Positions 23,300-35,349 of a stretch of DNA of 64,000 bases are shown here, piece after piece. The translations under genes and the position numbers were made by a program. The notes beneath the pieces were generated by a model that saw only the letters and a program-made list of their open reading frames with translations, made no database searches and had not been told where the DNA came from. Within the stretch, counting starts at the first letter, position 1, and each line of letters begins with the position of its first letter. Source of the DNA: Mobula hypostoma (lineage: Eukaryota). The stretch is from the NCBI RefSeq assembly GCF_963921235.1, contig NC_086108.1, forward strand, positions 83,950,001-84,014,000, given 5' to 3'.

Positions 23300-23734
23300 A
23301 TGGTGTGTTGCCTCCCAGGTGCCAGGGTATGGGATGTCTCGGATCGGGTCCTGAATATTCTAAAGGGGGAGGGTGAGCAGCCAGTTGTCTTGGTACATGT
23401 TGGTACCAATGACATAGATAGGACAAAGGAGGAGGTCCTGAAGAGAGATTTCCAGGAGTTAGGAAGGAAGCCGAGAAGCAGGACTTCCAGGGTGGTAATC
23501 TCGGGATTGCTACCTGTGCCACGTGCTAGCGAGGGCAAGAGTAGTCGGATCAGGCAGATGAATGCCTGGCTGAGAGACTGGTGTAGGGGGCAGGGCTTCA
23601 GATTCTTGGATAATTGGGATCTCTTCTGGGGGAAGTATGACCTGTTCAAAAAGGACAGGTTACACCTGAACCCGAAGGGGACCAATATCCTGGTGGGAAA
23701 GTTTAATAGAGCTGTTAGGGAGGGTTTAAACTAA
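23300..23734 (+). CDS. CR1 ORF1 C-terminal SGNH/GDSL esterase-like domain (5'-truncated)
   Basis: CCLPGARV, VVLVHVGTND, DRLHLNPKG motifs typical of the CR1 ORF1 esterase. Confidence 0.85.
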   Translation: MVCCLPGARVWDVSDRVLNILKGEGEQPVVLVHVGTNDIDRTKEEVLKRDFQELGRKPRSRTSRVVISGLLPVPRASEGKSSRIRQMNAWLRDWCRGQGFRFLDNWDLFWGKYDLFKKDRLHLNPKGTNILVGKFNRAVREGLN

Positions 23735-23796
23735 TTTGGCAGGGGGATGGGAACCGGAATGTTAGAGAGGAGGAAGGGGAAAACAGAAATAAATCT

Positions 23797-26700
23797 ATGA
23801 TAGTGAGCAGTAAAGATGTCAGGAAAGACAGGCAGGTGATGGGGCAAATGTGTAGCCATTGGGATGAGTTGCAGTGCAATAAAGTTGCAGTGAAATTAAA
23901 GCAAAAAGTATCAAATACTGGTCTTAAGGTGTTGTACTTAAATGCATGCAGCATAAGAAATAAAGTGGATGATCTTGTTGTACAGCTACAGATTGACAGG
24001 TATGATATTGTGGCCATCACTGAGACCTGGCTAAAGGATGCATGTCTCTGGGAGCTGAACGTCCAAGGATACACGGTGTATCGGAAGGATAGGAAGGTAG
24101 GTAGAGGGGGTGGCGTGGCTTTATTGGTAAGAAATGATATTAAATCATTAGAAAGAGGTGATATAGGATCGGAAGGTGCAGAATCTTTATGGGTTGAGCT
24201 AAGGAATAGCAGGGGTTAAAAGGACCCTGATGGCAGTTATTTATAGGCCTCCAAACAGCTGCAGGGATGTGGACTACAAATTACAACTGGAAATAGAAAA
24301 GGCTTGTCAGAAGGGCAGTGTTATGATAATTGTGGGGGATTTTAACATGCGAGTAGATTGGAAAAATCAGGTCGGCACTGGATCTCAAGAGAGAGAATTT
24401 GTAGAATGTCTGCGAGATGGCTTTTTAGAACAGCTTGTTGTTGAGCCCACTAGGGGATTGGCTGTACTGGATTGGATATTGTGTAATGAACCGGAGGTGA
24501 TTGGAGAGATTGAGGTGAAGGAACCCTTAGGAGACAGTGATCATAACATGATTGAGTTCACTGTGAAATTAGAAAAAGAGAAGCCGAAATCTGATGTGTC
24601 GCTATTTCAGCGGAGTAAAGGAAACTACAGTGACATGAGAGAGGAACTGGCCAAAGTTGACTGGAAAGAGACACTGGCGGGAAAGACGGCAGAGCAGCAG
24701 TGGCTGGAGTTTATGTGAGAAATGAGGAATGTGCAAGACAGGTATATTCCAAAGAGGAAGAAATTTTCGAGTGGAAAAAGGATGCAACCGTGGTTGACAA
24801 GAGAAGTCAAAGCCAAAGTTAAAGCAAAGGAGAGGGCATACAAGGAAGCAAAAATTAGTGGGAAGACAGAGGATTGGGAAGTCTTTAAAACCTTACAAAA
24901 GGAAACCAAGGAGGTCATTAAGAGAGAAAAGGTTAACAATGAAAGGAAACTAGCAAATAATATCAAAGAGGATACTAAAAGCTTTTTCAAGTATATAAAG
25001 AGTAAAAGACAGGTGAGAGTAGATATAGGACCGATAGAAAATGATACTGGAGAAATTGTAATGGAAGATGAGGAGATGGCAGAGGAACTGAACAAGTATT
25101 TTGCATCAGTCTTCACTGAGGAAGACAGCAGGATACCGGACACTCAAGGGTGGCAGGGAAGAGAAGTGTGCGCAGTCACAATTATGACAGAGAAAGTACT
25201 CAGGAAGCTGAATAGGCTAAAGGTCGATAAATCTCCCGGACCAGATGGAATGCACCCTCGTGTTCTGAAGGAAGTAGCTGTGGAGATTGCGGAGGCATTA
25301 GCGATGATCTTTCAAAAGTCGATAGATTCTGGCCTGGTTCCGGAAGACTGGAAGATTGCAAATGTCACTCCGCTATTTAAGAAGGGGACAAGGAAGCAGA
25401 AAGGAAATTATAGACCTGTTAGCTTGACGCCGGTGGTTGGGAAGTTGTTGGAGTCGATTGTCAAGGATGAGGTTACAGGGTACCTGGAAGCATATGACAA
25501 GATAGGCAGAACTCAGCATGGATTCCTTAAAGGAAAATCCTGCCTGACAAACCTATTACAATTTTTTGAGGAAATTACCAGTAGGCTAGACAAGGGAGAT
25601 GCAGTGGATGTTGTATATTTGGATTTTCAGAAGGCCTTTGACAAGGTGCCACACATGAGACTGCTTAACAAGATAAGAGCCCATGGAATTACAGGAAAGT
25701 TACATACGTGGATAGAGCGTTGGCTGATTGGCAGGAAACAGAGAGTGGGAATAAAGGGATCCTATTCTGGTTGGCTGCCGGTTACCAGTGGTGTTCCACA
25801 GGGATCAGTGTTGGGGCCGCTTCTTTTTACATTGTACATCAACGATTTGGATTATGGAATAGATGGCTTTGTGGCTAAGTTTGCTGACTATACGAAGATA
25901 GGTGGAGGGGCCGGTAGTGCTGAGGAAACGGAGAGTCTGCAGAGAGACTTGGATAGATTGGAAGAATGGGCAGAGAAGTGGCAAGTGAAGTACAATGTTG
26001 GAAAGTGTGTGGTTATGCACTTTGGCAGAAAAAATAAACGGGCAGACTATTATTTAAATGGGGAAAGAATTCAAAGTTCTGAGATGCAACGGGACTTGGG
26101 AGTCCTCGTACAGGATTCCCTTAAAGTTAACCTCCAGGTTGAGTTGGTAGTGAAGAAGGCGAATGCAATGTTGGCATTCATTTTTAGAGGAATAGAGTAT
26201 AGGAGCAGGGATGTGATGTTGAGGCTCGATAAGGCGCTGGTGAGACCTCACTTGGAGTACTGTGGGCAGTTTTGGTCTCCTTATTTAAGAAAGGATGTGC
26301 TGACGTTGGAGAGGGTACAGAGAAGATTCACTAGAATGATTCCGGGAATGAGAGGGTTAACATATGAGGAACGTTTGTCCGCTCTTGGACTGTATTCCTT
26401 GGAGTTTAGAAGAATGAGGGGAGACCTCATAGAAACATTTCGATTGTTAAAAGGCATGGACAGAGTGGATGTGGCAAAGTTGTTTCCCATGATGGGGGAG
26501 TCTAACACGAGAGGGCATGACTTCAGGATTGAAGTGCGCCCTTTCAGAACAGAAATGTGAAAAAAATTTTTTAGTCAGAGGGTGGTGAATCTATGGAATT
26601 TGTTGCCACGGGCAGCAGTGGAGGCCAAGTCATTGGGTGTATTTAAGGCAGAGATTGATAGGTATCTGAGTAGCCAGGGCATCAAAGGTTATGGTGAGAA
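23797..26700 (+). pseudogene. CR1 ORF2 (APE endonuclease + RT), inactivated
   Basis: YLNACS, ITETWL, IYRPPN, GDFN, SDHN, KSPGPDG, YLDFQKAFDKV, GVPQGSVLGP; +1 frameshift ~24217, TGA at 24716-24718 and 26558-26560, catalytic FADD reads FADY. Confidence 0.95.
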
Positions 26701-26814
26701 GGCGGGGCAGTGGGACTAAAGAGGATAAAATGGATCAGCTCATGATAAAATGGCGGAGCAGACTCGATGGGCCGAATGGCCTACTTCTGCTCCTTTGTCT
26801 TATGGTCTATATAA

Positions 26815-26955
26815 TATTGGTCTCACTGATGTTCATAGGAATCTGTTGTGTGGCATGTTTTCATAAGGAGAGTCAACCCACTTCAGAGTAGTATTGTAGA
26901 GAAATGCTTTGGGATGTTCCTCAGAAACATCATTGTAAATACATGCTTTTTTTCT
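26815..26955 (+). mobile_element. DeuSINE-like 3' relic
   Basis: ggaatctgttgtgtg...cacttcagagtag...aaatgctttgggatgttcctca...taaatacatgctttttttct. Confidence 0.45.
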
Positions 26956-27064
26956 TTCTCATCTACAGCCTGGCATGAAAATTGCAACTTTAACAATATT
27001 GTGTAACTGTTCTTTGTCTGTCCCAATGAACATCTCAAAATGTTCAAGATGGCTGAGCACCTTC

Positions 27065-27380
27065 ACTCTGTCTACAACAAGCAGGATTTCCTGGTGGACA
27101 ACCATTTTAATTTCAGACTCTTTCCTGTTCCAACTTGTTGGTCCATGACCTCCTCAACAGCCACAATGAGGCCACTCTCAGGTTGGAGGAGCAACACCTC
27201 ATAGTCTGCCTGGGTAGCCTCCAACCTGATGAACATTGATCTCTGTAACTTCCGGTAATTTCTACCTCCTTCCCTTTCGCTCTTCATCCATTTCCCATTC
27301 TGGATCACCTCTTAACTCTTCTCTTCTCACATGACTTTCACCTCCCTCGGAGCTCCTCCTCCTTTGCCTTCTCCTATATA
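27065..27380 (+). mobile_element. PLE fragment (GIY-YIG C-terminus), degenerate
   Basis: gaggccactctcaggttggaggagcaacacctcata...ctgggtagcctccaacctgat, homologous to 41340-41420. Confidence 0.85.
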
Positions 27381-27482
27381 ACCTAATGATCAAAAGCCTT
27401 TTTGCTTGTGAACCGAACACGTGTCACGCTGGGCTCATCTCCTTGATACAATCAGCACTGAAGAACTGGAACCTCCAGTAAT

Positions 27483-27950
27483 AAAACCATAAGATATAGG
27501 AGCAGAAATAGGCCATTTTGGCCCATCAAGCCGGTTCTGCCATTTCATCATGGCTGATCCATTTTCCCTCTCAGCCTCAATTTCCAGCCTTCTTCCTGTA
27601 TCCCTTCATGCCCTGACTAATCAAGAATCTATCAACCTCTGCCTTAAATATAACCAATGACTTGGCCTTCACAGCCGCCTGTGGCAACAAATTCCACAGA
27701 TTCACTATTCTCCGGCTAAAGAATTCCTCCTCATCTCCGTTCTAAAAGGACATCCATCTACTCTGAGGCTGTGTCCTCTGGTCTTAAACTCCCCCACCAT
27801 AGGAAACATCCTCTCCATGTCCACCCTATCGAAGCCTTTCAACATTCCAAAAGTTTGAATGAGGTCACCCCTCATTCTTCTGAATTCCAGTGAGTAGAGG
27901 CCCAGAGCCATTAAACAGTCCTCATATGACAAGCCATTTATCCCCTTCAA
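27483..27950 (-). mobile_element. CR1 3' end fragment
   Basis: GLSYEDCLMALGLYSLEFRRMRGDLIQTF...TRGHSL; tail accataagatataggagcag. Confidence 0.9.
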
Positions 27951-28224
27951 TAACTTTTAACAAAATAAAAATTGTTCATGTACTGAAATAGGAATGATTG
28001 ATGCCAAATACTCATAAAAGTTAGTAAGATCAAATCAAGAATCATAAAGAATAAAGAGATTTATAAATACCATCTTAATGTAAAAATACTATCCAGGATC
28101 CTGCAGATATTCAGCTCATATTTCTTCCACATCCTAGAGATATTTTGGATTTCATATTCATGTTGTCCCTTTGACACATTTATGTAGAAAAGCATTTTGT
28201 TTGGAAAATATGATAGATCAGAGT

Positions 28225-28628
28225 GGAATTGGAGCTGGTTTATTATTGTCACATTAACTGAGATACAGTGAAAAGGTTGCCTTGCATACTGGTCATTCAG
28301 ATCTAATCATTACACAGTGTGCTTGAGGTAGAACAAGATAAAGCAATAACTGAATGCAGAATAAAGTGTTAACTGAGAAAATGCAGTGCAAGTAAATAAT
28401 AAGAGTGCAAGATCATAACGAGGTAGATTGTGAGGTCAAGAGTCCATCTTATTGTATCAGAGAACCTTTCAATAGTCTTATAGCTATGGGGTAGAAGCAG
28501 TTCTTGAGTCTGGTGGTACCTTCTTCCAGGCTTTTGTACGGAGTTCTGCGTGATGGAAGAGGGTAGAAGAGAAAATGCCCAGAGCTGGTGGGGTCTTTGA
28601 TTCTGCTGGCTCCTTTACTGAAGCAGGA
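28225..28628 (-). mobile_element. Rex1/Babar 3' end, interrupted by CR1 and resuming at ~31486-31590
   Basis: ASRIKDPTSSGHFLFYPLPS...TTRLKNCFYPIAIRLL; upstream part WCYGNCSARTYKKLQRVMDSAQ lies beyond the CR1. Confidence 0.8.
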
Positions 28629-28639
28629 AGAAATATAGA

Positions 28640-31474
28640 AACATAGAAAATAGGTGCAGGAGTAGGCCATTCAGCCCTTCGAGCCTGCACCGCCATTCAG
28701 TATGATCATGGCTGATCATCCAACTCAGAACCCTGTACCAGCCTTCCCTCCATACCCCCTGATCCCTTTAGCCACAAGGGCCATATCTAACTCCCTCTTA
28801 AATATAGCCAATGAACTGGCCTCAACTGTTTCCTGTGGCAGAGAATTTCACAGATTCACCACTCTCTGTGTGAAGAAGTTTTTCCTAATCTCGGTCCTAA
28901 AAGGCTTCCCCTTTATCCTCAAACTGTGACCCCTCGTTCTGGACTTCCCCAACGTCGGGAACAATCTTCCTGTATCTAGCCTGTCCAATCCCTTTAGGAT
29001 TTTATACGTTTCAATCAGATCCCCCCTCAATCTTCTAAATTCCATGAGTATAAGCCTAGTTCATCCAGTCTTTCATCATATGAAAGTTCTGCCATCCCAG
29101 GAATCAATCTGGTGAACCTTCTTTGTATTCCCTCTATGGCAAGGATGTCTTTCCTCAGATTAGGGGACCAAAACTGCACACAATACTCCAGGTGTGGTCT
29201 CACCAAGGCCTTGTACAACTGCAGTAGTACCTCCCTGCTCATGTACTCGAATCCTCTTGCTATAAATGCCAGCATACCATTTGCCCTTTTCACCGTCTGC
29301 TGTACCTGCATGCCCACTTTCAATGACTGGTGTATAATGACACCCAGGTCTCGTTGCACCTCCCCTTTTCCTAATCGGCCACCATTCACATAATAATCTG
29401 TCTTCCTGTTTTTGCCACCAAAGTGGATAATTTCACATTTATCCACATTAAATTGCATCTGCCATGAATTTGCCCACTCACCTAACCTATCCAAGTCACC
29501 CTGCATCCTCTTAGCATCCTCCTCACAGCTAACACTGCTGCCCAGCTTCGTGTCATCCGCAAACTTGGAGATGCTGCATTTAATTCCCTCATCCAAGTCA
29601 TTAATATATATTGTAAACAACTGGGGTCCCAGCACTGAGCCTTGCGGTACCCCACTAGTCACTGCCTGCCATTCTGAAAAGGTCCCGTTTATTCCCACTC
29701 TTTGCTTCCTGTCTGCCAACCAATTCTCTATCCACATCAATACCTTACTCCCAATACCGTGTGCTTTAAGTTTGCACACTAATCTCCTGTGTGGGACCTT
29801 GTCAAAAGCCTTTTGAAAATCCAAATATACCACATCCACTGGTTCTCTCCCCTGTCCACTCTACTAGTTACATCCTCAAAAAATTCTATGAGGTTCGTCA
29901 GACATGATTTTCCTTTCACAAATCCATGCTGACTTTGTCCGATGATTTCACCGCTTTCCAAATGTGCTGTTATCACATCTTTGATAACTGACTCTAGCAG
30001 TTTCCCCACCACTGATGTTAGGCTAACCGGTCTATAATTCCCTGGTTTCTCTCTCCCTCCTTTTTTAAAAAGTGGGGTTACATTAGCCACCGTCCAATCC
30101 TCAGGAACTAGTCCAGAATCTAACGAGTTTTGAAAAATTATCACTAATGCATCCACTATTTCTTGGGCTACTTCCTTAAGCACTCTGGGATGCAGACCAT
30201 CTGGCCCTGGGGATTTATCTGCCTTTAATCCCTTCAATTTACCTAACACCACTTCCCTACTAACATGTATTTCCCTCAGTTCCTCCATCTCACCGGACCC
30301 TCTGTCCCCTACTATTTCCAGAAGTTTATTTATGTCCTCCTTAGTGAAGACAGAACCAAAGTAATTATTCAATTGGTCTGCCATGTCCTTGTTCCCCATA
30401 ATCAATTCACCTGTTTCTGTCTGTAGGGGACCTACATTTGTCTTAACCAATCTTTTTCTTTTCACATATCTATAAAAGCTTTTACAGTCAGTTTTTATGT
30501 TCCCTGCCAGTTTTCTCTCATAATCTTTTTTCCCCTTCCAAATTAAGCCCTTTGCCCTCCTCTGCTGAACTCTGAATTTCTCCCAGTCCTCAGGTGAGCC
30601 ACTTTTTCTGGCTAATTTGTACGCTTCTTCTTTGGAATTGATACTATCCCTAATTTCCCTTGTCAGCCACGGGTGCACTACCTTCCTTGATTTATTCTTT
30701 TGCCAAACTGGGATGAACAATTGTTGTAGTTCATCCATGCGAGCTTTAAATGCTTGCCATTGCATATCCACCATCAACCCTTTAAGTGTCATTTGCCAGT
30801 CTTTCTTAGCTAATTCACGTCTCATACCTTCAAAGTTACCCTTCTTTAAGTTCAGAACCTTTGTTTCTGAATTAACTATGTCACTCTCCATCTTAATGAA
30901 GAATTCCACCATGTTATGGTCACTCTTACCCAAGGGGCCTCTCACGACAAGATTGCTAATTAACCCTTCCTCATTGCTCAATACCTAGTCTAGAGTGGCC
31001 TGCTCTCTAGTTGGTTCCTCGACATGTTGGTTCAAAAAACCATCCCGCATACATTCCAAGAAATCCTTTTCCTCAGCACCCTTACCAATCTGGTTCATCC
31101 AATCTACATGTAGATTGAAGTCACCCATTATAACTGCTGTTCCTTTATTGCACACATTTCTACTTTCCTGTTTAATACCATCCCCAACCTCACTACTACT
31201 GTTAGTTGGCCTGTCCACAACTCCCACCAGCGTTTTCTGCCCTTTAGTGTTATGCAGCTCTACCCATATCGATTCCACATCCTCCCGGCTTATGTCCTTC
31301 CTTTCTATTGCATTAATTTCCTCTCTAACCAGCAACGCCACCCCACCTCCTTTCCTTTCATGTCTACCCCTCCTGAATAGTGAATATCCCTGAATGTTGA
31401 GCCTCCATCCTTGGTCACCCTTGAGCCATGTCTCTGTGATCCCAACTATATCATATTCATTAATAACAATCTAT
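28640..31474 (-). mobile_element. Young CR1 LINE, 5'-truncated in the endonuclease, with 11-bp TSD
   Basis: ITETWL, GDFN, SDHN, KSPGPDG, YLDFQKAFDKV, GVPQGSVLGP, KFADDTK; stop ~30985, frameshifts ~29840 and ~29045; agaaatataga at 28629-28639 and 31475-31485. Confidence 0.97.
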
Positions 31475-33189
31475 AGAAATATAGATAGAGTCCATGGAGA
31501 TTCCTGTTACGTCTCTGAGCTGAGTCCATAACTCTCTGCAGTTTCTTGTAGGTGCGTGCAGAGCAGTTGCCGTAACACCAGTCTGTGATTTGACAAAAAA
31601 GAGACAGTCCACTGGAAGGTAACAATTTACTGAGTTTTAACTGACTCCTACATGGAATTGGAGGCCAACACTTAATGCCTATCCTTAATAACACTTCAGT
31701 AGGTTTAAAAATGGCTCCCTATAAACATGTTCTCCTACACAGGAGGCTCACTTAGCACATGGGGAGAATTATCTTAAGGCTACTGTTATTAAAAAGTCTT
31801 GATACATTAGCGTTGGATAGCATGATCATATAGAATATCTTCCCCAGATATTGCGTGTGGCAGGGCAGCCATGAACGCTTGAATTTACATAATGAATAAT
31901 CATGTTTGTTGAACTTAATCATTCATTCTAGTCAATCAGAAATTTATAGTTCTAAGTCAAAATTCAATCAATCACACTCTTTTTTCAACTTCCAATATCT
32001 TAATTTCTGTAGAATGGTAGTTTTTCAGGAATTAGTGATTGTTTATTTTCCTGATTATCTAAGGAGTAACAGTGAAAATATTAGAAGATAAATTAAATTA
32101 CTTTGAAAATATGATTAACAGATTCTTTACTCCTATTCTTAGCTGTGTAAATAAATGTGTAGAAATTTTCATCTTCATTATAATTTTCACATCCAGCTGT
32201 TTCTGACATCTCCAAGCCCAAATGCTTGAAAACACAGTGAGCAAAACGGTTCCAAATTATCTTACTGCTCATTTCTTCCCAACTATCAATGTCAAAAATC
32301 ACTGATTTTTAAGCACAAATACACACAGCTGACACTATTTTAAAATTGATCACTCTAAGCATGGTGTAGTGTCTAACAACCACACAAATGCACGCAACTG
32401 ATGCCAGATCGAAACTATTTGGCGACAATCTCCTTCCCTAATTAAGTAGCATAGTGTCCCAAATAAACAAAGAGAATCCAACTACAGTATTTTATTGATT
32501 TAGTTTCAACAGTTGTCCCAAATAAATGGCTGCCATGGTTAACCAATGGCCCAATTAAATGGAATCCACGCATTGTGAACAGGGAAATATTTGAATCAGC
32601 AGAAATAAAGAGACCTCTGCCAAGCTTAATATAAAAATTATTAACTTGTTCAGAAAACTGACACTTCATAAATTGAATACACATTTAACTCCAGCATGAA
32701 TAAAGCTTGAATGGACCAGAAAAACAAGTTCATATTAATGCAAAAGGGAAATAAAAGTTATCTAATTCTATCCTATAGTAGACCTCCACCAGTCAAGCCA
32801 AATGGCCAAATGAGTTAATTTCTTCTTCTCTATAGTGTGCAGAATTGTTAACTCTACATGCCTGAGACAGAGTAGTTGATATAATAAACTGGAGTAATTT
32901 CTTTACTTAATCACCACAACTTGGATCTTATCATTCAAGAAACCTGTCCAGGTCGCTAGAAAAAGAAAAATGTTGCTGACTTAACTACTGTGAGAACATG
33001 TTTTTTAAAAGTGAGACTTCTTTGCAATATAATTGAACTTAAATCAGTGAACTAAACAAACATCTTTTCATGAATGAACTTAATCTACATTACAGTATGT
33101 TGTTTGTAAAATATGGACAATATTAGATCTTATAATACACTATTATACTGTTGTCACATCTAAATTGGCCTCATTCTTTTTATTGTAGT

Positions 33190-34120
33190 GATTCATAGAA
33201 AGATGTAGCATGAAAACAGACTGCATAGCCCATTGAGTCTATACTGACCACCAGTTGCCAATGGCATTAATCCTATATTAATCTCGCATTATTTTCTCTA
33301 CATTCTTAACAACTCCTCTAAGATACTCATTTATTTATCACATGTGCATCAAAACATACAGTGAAATGCATCCCTTGTGTTAACAAAGGTTCAAAAGAGA
33401 TTCAAAGGTTCATTTTACTGTCAAAGTATGCATGTACAATACAACTCTGATATTTGTCTTCTCCAGATAGCCATGAACTACAGAACAAAAAACAGGAGCC
33501 ATTGGAAAAAAAAGACATCAAACCCCCCCCCCCACAAATGAAAAGCAAAAAGAAACAAATCTCGCAAATCCCAAACCCCCCACCACCTCCCTTGCACAAA
33601 AAAAAACTGACAGAGCACCCACCCGGAAGACGGCAGCTGGAACATCAAACCCCAACCTCCCCAACCCTCCCAACCCTTCCCTCGCACAAAAACTGACAGA
33701 GCACCCACCCGGAAGACGGCAGCTGGAACAAACCTAATGATGCTGCTGGCAGCCCACAGGTGTTGCCACACACATTCCATCGCCAACATAGCATGCCCAC
33801 AATGTTCAACTCAAAACACAAGCAGCAACAACATCAACAGAAGAAAACAACAACAGCAAATCAAGTCCCCTTCTCACCCTCTTACCCCCATTCACAGACA
33901 CAGGTCTCCAACTCCAGCGCAGGCTGCCTCCGAGCCTCCACATTCTTCTGCTTACATTAGAGGCAACTTACCACAGTCAATTAATCTACCAACCTGTATG
34001 TCTTTGGGATGTGAAAGCAACCCAGAGCACCTGGAGCAAAGCCATGCAGTCACAAAGAGCACATGCAAACTCCACACTGAGTTCAGGATTGACCCAAGGC
34101 CTCTAGTGCTGTGAGGCAGT
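33190..34120 (-). mobile_element. Nested SINE cluster: V-SINE interrupted by a Rex-tailed retroposon, itself interrupted by another retroposon tail
   Basis: V-domain tgggatgtgaaagcaacccagagcacctggagcaaagccatgc (34005-34050); Rex-like tail tttatttatcacatgtgcatcaaaacatacagtgaaatgc (33329-33369); inner insert ~33388-33728 flanked by aacaaa. Confidence 0.65.
33590..33730. repeat. Tandem duplication, period ~86 bp
   Basis: aaaaactgacagagcacccacccggaagacggcagctggaaca identical at 33602-33644 and 33688-33730. Confidence 0.9.
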
Positions 34121-34522
34121 CAAGATACATTGAAGTCAGTTGAAGTGTGTGTGTTGGAAATTATTATGTAATCGGCAGGAATCAGTTATCAATTTTTAAA
34201 TAACTTTTTTATGCACGATCTAAAATTTATAAGTTTGATGAAATGTGATGCCTGCAGTTCAGCAGACTGACAAGTATTTAAAAGGTGCCGATTAGAGCGA
34301 ATCACTGAGCAAGCTAACTTCATTATTGTTAGGAAGGTGGATAAAATTAAATAGAACTGATAAAACAAGTCAATTTAAAATGCCCCTGGACAACTTGAAA
34401 GTGAAGAGGCCCAGGAACAAACTATTTATCTGCGTTCCCAAGTATGTAATCCAGCACAAATCGTGCATAAAGCTCTGTTGTGCAGGAAGAAAAGACGTCA
34501 TGAATTAATGATAGGAATGATA

Positions 34523-34810
34523 TGAATCAGAATCAGAATTGGAATCAGGTTTAATATTATTGACATATGTTGTGAAATTTGTTGTTTCGTGGCAGCAGTA
34601 TGGTGCAATATATTAAAAAAACTATAAATTACAATAAGAAATGTATATATGTATAACTAAATAGGTATTGCAAAAGGAGAGCAAAAATAGTGAGATAGTG
34701 TTTATGGGTTGGTTCATTGTGCATTCAGGAATATAATAGCGGAGGGAAAGTGGCTGTTCTTGAAACATTATGTGAATGTCTTAAGGCTCCTGTATCTCCT
34801 CCCCGATGTT
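34523..34810 (-). mobile_element. Rex1/Babar 3' UTR/tail
   Basis: gaatcagaatcagaatt...ggtttaatattattgacatatgttgtgaaatttg, homologous to 16892-17150. Confidence 0.8.
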
Positions 34811-35349
34811 ATTTGATTTCAAAGTATTAAAATTTTAAAAGAAATCTAATGACATTCTTCCAAATGAGTACAACTCTTGCCTGCCTCGAGCAGAGACAGT
34901 TAACAATACAAGAAGTTTCTTATCCTATTTCTGTTATCAGCCATCATGAAAAGCTTCAAAGTGACCTAGAATGATCTGATTCTCATACTGTAGAGAAGTA
35001 TCCAGCCTATGTTTCCCGTTGGTAATCTTGAGATCCAGAACCCTTTCTATTATCTTAGTTGTATTGAAATCCTGAGTTGTGAACTTCTAGTCTCTTCTTT
35101 CTCGTCATTTTTATTGCATCATGAAAACCTTTCCACGTAGCTCTAAAAGCAGTAACAAAAGCAAGGGCCTCAGTAGTTTTAAGTTCATTATTTTCTGAAT
35201 TGTGTTAGGAGAAATTAGTATGTACCAATAGTTAAATGAAGATTCACAATCCGTTTCTGATTTTGTGGGGTGAAACTTATGCAAATTCACCCATTCATGC
35301 AACTGAAGAAAATATCCTGTTTTCAAGTCTTATCTTCTCATCCACAATG

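Larger units (their letters stand above)
23297..26808 (+). mobile_element. Young, 5'-truncated CR1 LINE (ORF1 esterase end + full-length but disabled ORF2)
   Basis: ORF1 and ORF2 motifs listed separately; 3' hairpin/tail tgggccgaatggcctacttctgctcctttgtcttatggtc. Confidence 0.97.

Noticed and set aside
24722..26560. 612-aa ORF as a functional host gene or active RT
   Set aside because: It is a CR1 ORF2 fragment bounded by premature stops and has FADY in place of FADD.
33590..33730. CRISPR-like repeat-spacer array
   Set aside because: Only two copies, inside a retroposon, in eukaryotic DNA with no cas genes.
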